Source: a virus (lineage: Duplodnaviria > Caudoviricetes). Taken from it: 64,000 bases of DNA. Shown here in pieces: positions 20,778-29,741 of the stretch. The translations under genes and the position numbers were made by a program. The notes under the pieces were generated by a model. The model made no database searches. It was not told where the DNA came from and saw only the letters and a list, made by a program, of their open reading frames with translations. The DNA is taken from the IMG/VR virus record IMGVR_UViG_3300021255_004000, positions 1-64,000 of that record; one strand, 5' to 3'. Position 1 is the first letter of the stretch, and each line of letters opens with the position of its first letter.

Positions 20778-21399
20778 AATCTTTTATTGTCCTACCAACA
20801 GGCTTTGTTGTATCTTCTTTTCGTGTTGCCCACGGGTCAAGTACGACATCGCCCATTTCATCGAAGTCACAAGCAAGATATGCACGCGACGCAAAGTAGT
20901 CACTGTAATGGAGTACCCACTCGTCAAACTTTCTTGGCTGTTCATTTTCAAACCCTGGCATCTGACGAGATGTTGTCCAAATGCCTTGATGTGCAGCAAC
21001 CAATCTTCCGATTGTTTCAAAGCCGTGGTCCTTACACCACTGTCCGCCAAGTGCAGGATGGTCGAAAGCTGTAAACTCGTGATCACGACCTTCAGGATAC
21101 TTCCACATATCGTGAATGATAGCAGCAGCAATCAACTCATCTTTTTCACATTCAACAGCAGGTGTCGCACGAATAAGTTCAATAACATTTCTTACAACAA
21201 CCTTTGTGTGGCGAATAAGTCCACCTTCACCAGCAGCATACTTCGGATGATATTTACCTGTTGATGAAGCAGGCTTAAGACGATGAATAGGATCGACACT
21301 ATCCAAAGTCATTTTAACAAAGTTACGAATGTCGTCATCATCAATCTGTGCGACTTCGTAAGAAAGTAATTCATTCAATGTTTTCTTTGAATAGTCCAT
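20776..21399 (-). CDS. HD-domain phosphohydrolase
   Basis: KYHP..GGLIRHT...IIHD.WK...H...HQG...YSD pattern. Confidence 0.85.
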   Translation of the reverse strand: MDYSKKTLNELLSYEVAQIDDDDIRNFVKMTLDSVDPIHRLKPASSTGKYHPKYAAGEGGLIRHTKVVVRNVIELIRATPAVECEKDELIAAAIIHDMWKYPEGRDHEFTAFDHPALGGQWCKDHGFETIGRLVAAHQGIWTTSRQMPGFENEQPRKFDEWVLHYSDYFASRAYLACDFDEMGDVVLDPWATRKEDTTKPVGRTIKD

Positions 21400-21686
21400 T
21401 AGTTACCGCCTTCAAAAAATGCAAACAGTGTTTCATTCAACTCCATAAGGATGTCTTCAACTGTTGTCTTTTTGTTTATTCTTCTTTTTAAGTTTGCTGT
21501 CAAAACTTTTATCGGACCTTTTGCAATAATAGCACAAGCATCAAGTCGTCCATTTACTTCCTGTAAGAAAGCGGCAGTTGTATAAGCTTTATACTTTGTA
21601 CCGCCGAAGTCCTGCATAATCTTTTCAATAGTTGCCGTCAGTTCATTCTTTCCCTGAGGCACCTCATCCTTCTTTTTCATTGGCAT
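21399..21686 (-). CDS. Hypothetical protein
   Basis: GAGG RBS; translationally coupled to the HD gene. Confidence 0.7.
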   Translation of the reverse strand: MPMKKKDEVPQGKNELTATIEKIMQDFGGTKYKAYTTAAFLQEVNGRLDACAIIAKGPIKVLTANLKRRINKKTTVEDILMELNETLFAFFEGGN

Positions 21687-21697
21687 AAGCCCACCTC

Positions 21698-23044
21698 TTA
21701 GTTCCTAATGATCCTTCTTCCTACAGTTGCAGGCTGAGGTAATGGACCTTCATCAGCGGCAGCATACTTTGGAGCGGCTGGCTGAGGTGTTGGCTGTTGA
21801 GCAGCTTGTTCAACCATTCTTGTAGGTTTATTGTTGCGGCAAGCATCAATGATTCTTGTCATACCAAGAATGTAAGAAGCCTTTGAAGTATAAACTGAAT
21901 TGTCTTTATAGAAGTCAGCAAACATATCACGAACTTTGAAGTAATTCGGATGTTTGATAAGCGGCTCAATATCAGCAATAGTTTTATTCTTCTGCCAATC
22001 TGACATTGTCTTGGCTGCATCCTTCTGTGCATTCACACGAGCAAACAAGTCAATGAGTTCACATTCAAGTTTGTCATCAGTCTTCTTTCCATTTCCGTTG
22101 TATTCATTGATTGTACCGAACAAACGATATGTTTCAGCATTTGCAAATGCAAGAACAGATAATCGGATATGACCGTCATAATCGTTCACATTTATCAATG
22201 TCTCAAACAACTCTTTTGAAGTTTCACCGTTTAACAAACGGAGTAATGTCTGATAAAAATCTTCAACATTTGCAAGACCGAATGACTGCTTAATTCCTTC
22301 CAAGTCAAATGTTTCAGTCTCGACACACTGTTGCAAAATCATTGTTGCACGACGCAAAGAACCATCACAGTTCTGAGCAATCAACTGCAAGCCGTATGTC
22401 TTAAACTCAATAGGAGCTTCAATATTCAACTTTTTGATAATTGAATAAAGATACTTCATTATATCAATTTCCCCAAACTGAGGATACTTAAATGTCATAA
22501 GACGAGATGTCAATGCTTTGATAGAAGCTTCAGCCATTTTACTGTTTGAAGACTCATCAACCATTGATGTGAAAATGTAATGAACATTTCCGCGTTTACT
22601 TTCAAGCAATTTCAAAAGCTTTGATTTACACTGAGCAGAAAGAGCCTGCATCTCATCAAGGATAACAACTTTTGTCTTATCCTTAAATGGTGCAGTTGCA
22701 GTGAATGCATCAAGCTTTTCCATAATGTCTTCTGATTTGTCTTTTGCACCGTCAAGATTGATAACATCTCTTGACCAAGTTTCATCAACGATTGCTTTAC
22801 AAGATGGGCATTCACAACAAGGTTCACCGTCAGCGTCAGGATGCTGACATACCATCATCTGAGCCAAAATCTTTGCAGCAGTTGTTTTACCTGTACCATA
22901 CTTTGCCTGAAGAAGCATAGCCTCAGGCCACTCATTTTTCTTGGCAGCTTTGTATGCAAATGTTTTCAGTTTGTCAAGTCCATACACATCTTTAAGTTTT
23001 GTAGGACGAAGACTTATAGACCAGTTTATTGATTTATTTGCCAT
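21698..23044 (-). CDS. dnaX: DNA polymerase III gamma/tau-like clamp loader subunit
   Basis: RP..L..V.G; Walker A YGTGKTT; Zn module C..PCCECPSC; Walker B ILDE; SRL; GSLR; start moved to MANKS. Confidence 0.88.
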   Translation of the reverse strand: MANKSINWSISLRPTKLKDVYGLDKLKTFAYKAAKKNEWPEAMLLQAKYGTGKTTAAKILAQMMVCQHPDADGEPCCECPSCKAIVDETWSRDVINLDGAKDKSEDIMEKLDAFTATAPFKDKTKVVILDEMQALSAQCKSKLLKLLESKRGNVHYIFTSMVDESSNSKMAEASIKALTSRLMTFKYPQFGEIDIMKYLYSIIKKLNIEAPIEFKTYGLQLIAQNCDGSLRRATMILQQCVETETFDLEGIKQSFGLANVEDFYQTLLRLLNGETSKELFETLINVNDYDGHIRLSVLAFANAETYRLFGTINEYNGNGKKTDDKLECELIDLFARVNAQKDAAKTMSDWQKNKTIADIEPLIKHPNYFKVRDMFADFYKDNSVYTSKASYILGMTRIIDACRNNKPTRMVEQAAQQPTPQPAAPKYAAADEGPLPQPATVGRRIIRN

Positions 23045-23071
23045 TTTAACCTCTATATATAAATTAACACA

Positions 23072-23087
23072 GGGAGCCGAAGCTCCC
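23072..23087 (-). terminator. Hairpin/terminator
   Basis: GGGAGC-cgaa-GCTCCC just downstream of the 23094 gene. Confidence 0.55.
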
Positions 23088-23093
23088 AATATG

Positions 23094-23852
23094 TTAAGCC
23101 TTTATTTTGATAACTTCGTCCACAAGAAGATGTGGGTTTGCCTGCTTAATCATCTGTGCAAGGCGGCCAAGTGCCCATTCAAATTCGTCCTGGTTAGTTG
23201 CATTGATAACTGCCTGAGCAAACTGCTGAAGGTGAATGCCAGTGAACTTTGGATCCTTAATAGGTTCAGATCCGCGAGAAAATGAGTACTTGTTAGGGAA
23301 GAAATAGCGGCGAGCACGGTCATAGAAATGTTTCAACATTGAAGCGCTTTCACCATTGAGATAAGGATTGCGACCGATTCCCTGGTTTTCGCGTTTGAGA
23401 ACTTTTTCAAAAGTCAGGCCTTCTTCCTTATTTGAGTAAGCATTTCTCAATGCGATTGCCTGACCAATTACAGGATGAGGATACTTTTCTACATCGCTCA
23501 AAAGCGTGTAACCAACATAAAGTTTGTCACCGTCCTGAATTGCGGCAATGTAACCGTAAGGCTTACCACGGCGTGTCTGTGTGTATTCACATCCGTTCAT
23601 ATCAGAAACAGTTTTGCCGATATAACCGTAACGGAAAGTATCAACACAAATCTTTGTCTGCTTGCGAACATCTTCAAGATACTTGCGGCAATCAATCAAA
23701 TTGTTTGCAGCATCGAAAAGCTCTTTTGCTTCATCTGCTGAAAGAGCGTTGTTCTTTTCTGCAAACTCATCAAGGCTGCAATCTGTCTGTGCAATAAAGC
23801 GTGCTGCTTCACGGATGTCCATCTTGTACTTCTTTTCAACTTTCTTTTCCAT
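23094..23852 (-). CDS. Hypothetical protein
   Basis: 252 aa ORF; AGGAG RBS. Confidence 0.75.
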   Translation of the reverse strand: MEKKVEKKYKMDIREAARFIAQTDCSLDEFAEKNNALSADEAKELFDAANNLIDCRKYLEDVRKQTKICVDTFRYGYIGKTVSDMNGCEYTQTRRGKPYGYIAAIQDGDKLYVGYTLLSDVEKYPHPVIGQAIALRNAYSNKEEGLTFEKVLKRENQGIGRNPYLNGESASMLKHFYDRARRYFFPNKYSFSRGSEPIKDPKFTGIHLQQFAQAVINATNQDEFEWALGRLAQMIKQANPHLLVDEVIKIKA

Positions 23853-23855
23853 CTT

Positions 23856-24146
23856 TTACTCCTGAAACTTTGATTTGTCATAACGACGCCAAGCTTTTCC
23901 CCAAGCAGGGTCGTAACCTTCGATAGGTTCACCTTTTGTGAACACATTCTTTACCTCGTGATCCTTCAAGGCTTCGATAACTTTCTGAGCTTCTTCATCG
24001 CTCAGGTAAGTAAGTTCGATTCCGTCAACCGCGCCGATGTCTTTTTCATTGCCATCTTCGTCTTTTGACAGAACAGTTGTTTCGCGCATAACGAACAACT
24101 TCCTAGGAGTATCGTGGTACTTAAATTCTTTTACATAAGATTTCAT
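23856..24146 (-). CDS. Hypothetical protein
   Basis: GAGG RBS; operon context. Confidence 0.7.
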   Translation of the reverse strand: MKSYVKEFKYHDTPRKLFVMRETTVLSKDEDGNEKDIGAVDGIELTYLSDEEAQKVIEALKDHEVKNVFTKGEPIEGYDPAWGKAWRRYDKSKFQE

Positions 24147-24163
24147 TCTTATTGTACCTCTCT

Positions 24164-24487
24164 TTATTCAAAAAGGACTTTAAGTCCTAATGATGTTCCA
24201 ACAAAAACTTCAAGGCGTGCGCCTCTACTTGCTTCCCAACCTTTCAAAGCGTAAATGTGAGTACACTCTGTTACAAATCTAATGTCACGCTTCATAACCC
24301 AGTTGTAAAGCTCTTCGTCTTCAAGATATTCTTGTGCATCAAGATAAGCTGGGTCATCTTCAAGAGTAAGCGGATTTACAATTTCTGCATTTGGATACTT
24401 TCGTCGGAGAGTTTCTTCCGCGTCAGCGAAATGTTCTCTCCAATGTTCTGGGTCGATTGTTATTGGCCCGCTGATATAAATCTTCAT
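24164..24487 (-). CDS. DUF4406 family (nucleoside deoxyribosyltransferase-like fold)
   Basis: KIYISGPIT...NP...CTHIYALKGWEASRGARLE. Confidence 0.85.
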   Translation of the reverse strand: MKIYISGPITIDPEHWREHFADAEETLRRKYPNAEIVNPLTLEDDPAYLDAQEYLEDEELYNWVMKRDIRFVTECTHIYALKGWEASRGARLEVFVGTSLGLKVLFE

Positions 24488-24494
24488 ATTGCTC

Positions 24495-24884
24495 CTATTC
24501 AAATATTAACTTAATTCCTACAACATTCAGACTGCCACCATCAAGAAGTTTGATAAGATATTTTTCCTTTTCATTGAGTTCGTCCTCATCTTTATCACCG
24601 ATAATCTGAGCACGAGCAAGAAGCATCAAATCATTTGCACGACTGTCAGTAACATCGACCTTCATTTCAAGGTCATCATCATCGTTGAAATATGTTTCAG
24701 CATTTTCATTGATGTAACCAACAATCTTTGACTTGATGTCGATCATCTGCTGAATCTGATTATATGTAAGGTTACGAATGTTCTCTTTGATTCTTTTGAA
24801 GTTTTCGTGGTCCTTGCCAATGAAAAGCGGAGCGCGGCCTACTTCTGTAATGTTGATGCCGTTGTCAGTAATAACATAAAACAT
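24495..24884 (-). CDS. Hypothetical protein
   Basis: Coupled ORF with GGAGG RBS. Confidence 0.7.
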   Translation of the reverse strand: MFYVITDNGINITEVGRAPLFIGKDHENFKRIKENIRNLTYNQIQQMIDIKSKIVGYINENAETYFNDDDDLEMKVDVTDSRANDLMLLARAQIIGDKDEDELNEKEKYLIKLLDGGSLNVVGIKLIFE

Positions 24885-25174
24885 TATTCTACCTCCTCGT
24901 CCATCTTATGGATATTGTAATCTTCCTGGTTGTGAATAAAAGTTTCAATTTCATCAAAGGTTTCTCTGAAGTCTTCAGAATAGTTGTTTCTTTTTGCAAT
25001 GAGTTCGTGACGAGCTTCAGTTCTTTCTTCAGGATGATCACGATCATCAGCCATATAAGAGCAGAAAACTTTCCAGTCAAATTCATTTACAATTTTGTAA
25101 ATGTCAGCAGCGGTTTCTTCACTGATATTGAATGTTTTTGCAATTTTCTGGATAAGAACTTCGCTTCTTTTCAT
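24884..25174 (-). CDS. Hypothetical early protein
   Basis: AAGGAG RBS; first gene after an early promoter. Confidence 0.7.
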   Translation of the reverse strand: MKRSEVLIQKIAKTFNISEETAADIYKIVNEFDWKVFCSYMADDRDHPEERTEARHELIAKRNNYSEDFRETFDEIETFIHNQEDYNIHKMDEEVE

Positions 25175-25200
25175 ATCGTGCTCCTTTTATTTAATTTGTT

Positions 25201-25237
25201 ACAAAAATAATATAAAAGAAGTTTTGGAAAAGTTCAA
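25201..25237 (-). promoter_or_regulatory. Early promoter TTGAAC-N17-TATATT
   Basis: Conserved copy. Confidence 0.75.
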
Positions 25238-25239
25238 TT

Positions 25240-25596
25240 TTAATCGTTAATTTTATCTAATTTTACATCAAAATCTTTGGCTAATTGCTTTGCAACTTCC
25301 TGAGAACAAGGCTCAACTTGCATATTGTAAAGAATTGACTTTTTGACGCCATATCGTTCAAACATATCAGTTGCACGGATGTAGTCTTCTTTTCGTACTT
25401 TATATGTTTTCCAACTGACATAAGCTCGATACGCCCCGAAAAAAGTAAAGAAAGCGAAAAACACAAATAAAACATTCAAGTACCAAACTGGAGCAAAAGT
25501 CCAGCCCCAATGATGTAACATTAAAATGTCCATAATCAATGAGGCAGTACTCCATAATGTTTCAATTATGGAATACTTGTTGAACTTGAAAAACAT
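25240..25596 (-). CDS. Small membrane protein (two hydrophobic segments)
   Basis: WSTASLIMDILML and WYLNVLFVFFAFFTFFGAY. Confidence 0.6.
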   Translation of the reverse strand: MFFKFNKYSIIETLWSTASLIMDILMLHHWGWTFAPVWYLNVLFVFFAFFTFFGAYRAYVSWKTYKVRKEDYIRATDMFERYGVKKSILYNMQVEPCSQEVAKQLAKDFDVKLDKIND

Positions 25597-25597
25597 T

Positions 25598-27694
25598 TTA
25601 GTTTTCGACAGTTTCATTTGTGAATGCTCCACTTTCAACGTGATAACAAGTAACATCATCAGCGAGAGAACGAATCATTTCTTTCGTTGGTTCCTTATGT
25701 GTAATAAATATCATTTGGTCGAAAACATTTGAGTTGATTAAACTTGAGAATGTTTTCATACTGTTGTCATCTGAAGCAGCTGCATCAATTTCATCAAGTG
25801 CAGCAAATGTCAATCCATAAGCTCGACATAATGCAACCTTAAATGCAATACCTAAAACTGAGCGTTCATATCCAGAAGCCATCTTTGAGTTGATTAAAGA
25901 CTTTACATCTTCCATATCATTGTTAGGATCTGTTGTGTAAAAGAACTCAACACCGCGTTTACTTTGCAACAAACGAATACGGAACTCAGGGAATACTTCC
26001 TGCACAAAAGTGTTCATTTCAGTTTCAAGTTTTGAACAAGTTTTAACGATTAAGAAGTTGGGTAATTCCTTGTCAAGAACTTTCTTTACTTCGTTATAGC
26101 AGTCAATATCTTTTGCAAGTGAAGCAGCATTGTTTTTGATTTCCTCAATGTTTAATTCGCTGTTCTTAATATCTTCATCATACTGTTCAATTTGTTTTTG
26201 TGCAGCATTGTTGAACACCATTGCATTATCAAACATTTTGATGTCAGACTTGATTGCTTCATACTTGCGTTCAATTTCATCTTGTATCTTCCAAGCATCT
26301 TTTCGCTTTTCAAGTTCGTTCATAACATTGTTATAAGCATCTTGTAAAGCTGCCTTATCTGCCTCAGCAACGGTCAAGTCGCTTTCAAGTTGTTCATAAA
26401 CTTCAAGCGGCATTACTTTTGATTTCAAAACATTATAAGTACTTCTTAAAGAAGTTAAGTTTGCCTCTGATGTAGCTTTCTTTGAAATCAAACTTGAAAT
26501 CTTTTGTCTGATTTCTTCTTTTTTGCGTTTGTCATCTGCAATAGTAAAACCAAGGTTTCCTTCTTCTGTTTTCAAGTAAATGATTTGATTTGAGTTTGCT
26601 TCCTTATCAACTTCAATCACAGTATGATCCATATTACAAGTTGACTGACCACACTCAGGACAAACACCTCTTTCTATCAATGAAAGTTTCTTTGCAAACT
26701 CAGTATCTTTATATTGACAGGTTGCAATGTTTTGAAGAACTTCAGTCTGCTTTGTCTGATTAGCTTTAATTGACTCATCAAACATTTGAAGTGTTGCATT
26801 CTGACTGTCAATTTCTTTTCTTAAGTTTTCTATTTCTGATGTCAATGCTGAACTTTTACCATCAAAGTCAAAAGTCTCAAGTTCTGTTTTTGCAGCTTGA
26901 GCAGTCTCTTTTTTCTGTTTGAGATCTTGAATCTTATACCCCAGGTTGTTTGACTTTTCAACAATATCATTTCTTTTATCGTGAAGTTCGTTTACTTCAC
27001 CCATAATCTTTTTGACATTTGTAAGTTCTTCAAACAACTTATCTTGCTCTGCCTGTTTTGCATAATAAGTACTTGAGTCAAAAGGCGGTTCTTTCAACAC
27101 AACAGAATCACGGCGAGCTTTCTTTGCAACAAGTTCCTTATTAAGATAATCAATTTTTGAGTTGTCCAACTTAATAGCTTCATTTGCTTCATCAATCTTA
27201 TCATTGATGCCTTTTACTTTTTCAGCAAAGTCAAATTGGAACAAACGCTGAAGTAAGTTTGCTCGCTGAACAGGAGTCATTGTTGCGATGTCATCTTGTC
27301 CCTGCATTGACAAAATAATGTCAGAATAAAAAGTAAAGTCAAGTTCCTTAATAAGGTCTGTTACTTCTGAATTGATATAATGCTTTCCTTCATATTCAAC
27401 ATCTCTTTCAAGTGGTGTTCCTCCACGCACATTTAAGATAACATTGAAAACAATAGGAACAGAGTTATATTTCATTTCAAGAACAATCTTTGCGTGGTCA
27501 AATCCTTTCTGAACAAACTCCTTTACAGAGTCCGCACGCTTTCTTTCTGCAAGACAAACTGCAATAGCTTCCATAACTGCTGACTTGCCTTGTCCATTAT
27601 CACCTTCCAAAATCGTAATTGCAGAAGACAAATCCAAATCTGCTTCAGTTATTTTCATAAAATGTTCAAGATGCAAGTTATCTAATTCTATCAT
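25598..27694 (-). CDS. SbcC/Rad50/T4 gp46-like SMC ATPase
   Basis: Walker A GDNGQGKS; Q-loop; coiled coil with CPEC zinc hook; ASGYE signature; LDEID; ITH. Confidence 0.92.
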   Translation of the reverse strand: MIELDNLHLEHFMKITEADLDLSSAITILEGDNGQGKSAVMEAIAVCLAERKRADSVKEFVQKGFDHAKIVLEMKYNSVPIVFNVILNVRGGTPLERDVEYEGKHYINSEVTDLIKELDFTFYSDIILSMQGQDDIATMTPVQRANLLQRLFQFDFAEKVKGINDKIDEANEAIKLDNSKIDYLNKELVAKKARRDSVVLKEPPFDSSTYYAKQAEQDKLFEELTNVKKIMGEVNELHDKRNDIVEKSNNLGYKIQDLKQKKETAQAAKTELETFDFDGKSSALTSEIENLRKEIDSQNATLQMFDESIKANQTKQTEVLQNIATCQYKDTEFAKKLSLIERGVCPECGQSTCNMDHTVIEVDKEANSNQIIYLKTEEGNLGFTIADDKRKKEEIRQKISSLISKKATSEANLTSLRSTYNVLKSKVMPLEVYEQLESDLTVAEADKAALQDAYNNVMNELEKRKDAWKIQDEIERKYEAIKSDIKMFDNAMVFNNAAQKQIEQYDEDIKNSELNIEEIKNNAASLAKDIDCYNEVKKVLDKELPNFLIVKTCSKLETEMNTFVQEVFPEFRIRLLQSKRGVEFFYTTDPNNDMEDVKSLINSKMASGYERSVLGIAFKVALCRAYGLTFAALDEIDAAASDDNSMKTFSSLINSNVFDQMIFITHKEPTKEMIRSLADDVTCYHVESGAFTNETVEN

Positions 27695-27731
27695 AAAAAT
27701 ATATTAACATCATAATGAAAATGAAAATTAC

Positions 27732-27790
27732 TATAAATAAATTGTCCTTCAATTCCATTTATTATTGTCCCATATAGCTAAAAAAGTGGG
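27732..27790 (-). repeat. Dispersed ~60-bp intergenic element, copy 2
   Basis: TATAAATAAATTGTCCTTCAATTCCATTTATTATTGTCCCATATAGCTAAAAAAGTGGG. Confidence 0.9.
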
Positions 27791-27831
27791 TTTGATTGCA
27801 AAATGTTAATATATACTTACAGGAGTTTTTA

Positions 27832-28233
27832 ATGAATATCATAAATAAAAATGTCATTCGGCCAAATATAGATCCTGCTCAACTTACTGATGGAATCAAC
27901 CTTTCAAGAAAAGAGTTTGCTTCGGTTGGTATCGTTGTTCGTAATCTTGCAAAGAAACACGGTGAAGGAAAGTTTCAAGACGAGACATTACTTGTGAATG
28001 ACTTCAGATCAGAAATGCGCCAGATATTTGATGTGCATATTACTTTTGAAGAATTGAAAACAAAAGAAAATAAGCCAAGCGCAATGAAGGTTGTTGCTTG
28101 CCGCTTCAAAAAGAAAAGACCTTTAATTTTCTTGGGATATGAGACTGACAACAAAACTTGGTTTGTCCTTGACGAAAAAAGATTCCCAGTTTTGGAAGAT
28201 CCAAACAGTCCGTTCCTTGGAGTTAATATTTAA
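27832..28233 (+). CDS. Hypothetical protein
   Basis: AGGAG RBS; GTTAATAT motif upstream. Confidence 0.7.
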   Translation: MNIINKNVIRPNIDPAQLTDGINLSRKEFASVGIVVRNLAKKHGEGKFQDETLLVNDFRSEMRQIFDVHITFEELKTKENKPSAMKVVACRFKKKRPLIFLGYETDNKTWFVLDEKRFPVLEDPNSPFLGVNI

Positions 28234-28250
28234 TACATATAGGAGAAATA

Positions 28251-29228
28251 ATGAGAATTTTAAGACACAATAGTTGTTGCACCTTCGATCCACGGAGTAC
28301 AGTGGATGTAAAGCCTTATCGCGGAAATGACTTTTATGCAAAGAAAATTGGCAGAAAGTATGATGACGATGATGACGATGATGAAAGTCCTATAATTAAA
28401 AGAAATCTTTCACGCTCAGGAAATCACATTTATTTCTATGATGTAATTGATACTCAGTCACAGATGTGGTTACAAACACAGATGACTGCTGCATACGAAG
28501 AATATGTTATTTCAAATGCAAAAGAACTTGCACATTCACATTCAATCACAGAAAACATTTATTTACATATCAATTCTCCCGGCGGAAGTGTAACATCAGC
28601 TTTGGCTTTGTATGACTTTATCAAAAGCTTCCCTATGGTTTGTGTTGGTATCGTTGAAGGTATGGCTGCATCAGGCGCCTCAATTATGTTATGCGCTTGT
28701 GCAATGCGTCAGATGACAAAAACATCAACTGTTCTTTGTCACGAACTTCGTCATATTGGTTTTGGCTATGTACACGAAACTTGGCGTAACATTCAGGATC
28801 AGTATGAAAATGACAAGTTCTTTATGGACAAGTTGAAGGAAATCTATCTTGAAGAAACAAAGATTCCTGCAGAGACAATCGATGATGCTCTTTCACACGA
28901 CATTTATTGGGGAATTGACAAATGTAAAGAATATGAACTTTGTGATTTTGTTTGTGGTACTGATATGACAGATGACATTGTCAAAATGATTGATGAACGC
29001 GTTGAACGCCGCATTAAAGATAATGATGAACTTTGTGATTGCGAAGTTTGTACTGAAGTTGTTGAAGAACCCACAGGTAAAACTGTTGAAGAAAAGCCTG
29101 CTGAAGAGTCTCCTGTTTCCACAAAGAAAACAAGGGCAAAGAAATCTAAAAAAGTTGAAGAAAAAACCAAGGAGCCTTCAGAAGAAACACAGAAAAATGA
29201 CACCTCAGAAAACCCATCGGACGACTAA
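28251..29228 (+). CDS. clpP: ClpP-family serine protease with acidic N-terminal and K/E-rich C-terminal extensions
   Basis: HINSPGGSV; GMAASGAS (Ser); LCHE (His); HDIYW (Asp). Confidence 0.85.
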   Translation: MRILRHNSCCTFDPRSTVDVKPYRGNDFYAKKIGRKYDDDDDDDESPIIKRNLSRSGNHIYFYDVIDTQSQMWLQTQMTAAYEEYVISNAKELAHSHSITENIYLHINSPGGSVTSALALYDFIKSFPMVCVGIVEGMAASGASIMLCACAMRQMTKTSTVLCHELRHIGFGYVHETWRNIQDQYENDKFFMDKLKEIYLEETKIPAETIDDALSHDIYWGIDKCKEYELCDFVCGTDMTDDIVKMIDERVERRIKDNDELCDCEVCTEVVEEPTGKTVEEKPAEESPVSTKKTRAKKSKKVEEKTKEPSEETQKNDTSENPSDD

Positions 29229-29248
29229 TAATATAAGAGGATTATATT

Positions 29249-29680
29249 ATGAAGACCGAATTGTTTGAGGCTGTTTACAATTTGGCAAATAACACCTATG
29301 TTCCGATAGGTCAACGGAATATGGGTGCAACAACTGCTAAAATTGATAGACAGATTGAAGAGCCAAGAGGGGACACTGCAGATGAAATCTTAAAGAATGT
29401 TCGTGATGATGCTGCAGAATTGGTGGCTCGTGCGGATATACCTGATTCTTCAAAAGCACAGGTAGTTACTCAGGTTGTTTATGATAAAATGGCTGATCCA
29501 CACAACGACAAGTTTCAAGCTGCAATTCTTGATAAAGTTATTTCAGAAAACAAGAAAAAGTTTTTTGATGGCTTGCTTGAAGACTGTTGTGCAGGTGATT
29601 TTGCAGGCTTTGTTCCTGAGCATATTATCGGTGAAAAACAGAAAAAAGAACAAGACGATGGCAATTCGTCTTGCTGTTAA
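29249..29680 (+). CDS. Hypothetical protein
   Basis: GAGG RBS; ACTAA upstream. Confidence 0.7.
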   Translation: MKTELFEAVYNLANNTYVPIGQRNMGATTAKIDRQIEEPRGDTADEILKNVRDDAAELVARADIPDSSKAQVVTQVVYDKMADPHNDKFQAAILDKVISENKKKFFDGLLEDCCAGDFAGFVPEHIIGEKQKKEQDDGNSSCC

Positions 29681-29741
29681 TTCAACTAACTATTCCTAGC
29701 CTGAAGTCCAGTTCTTCGGGTATTTTTTACGAAGAGGTATT

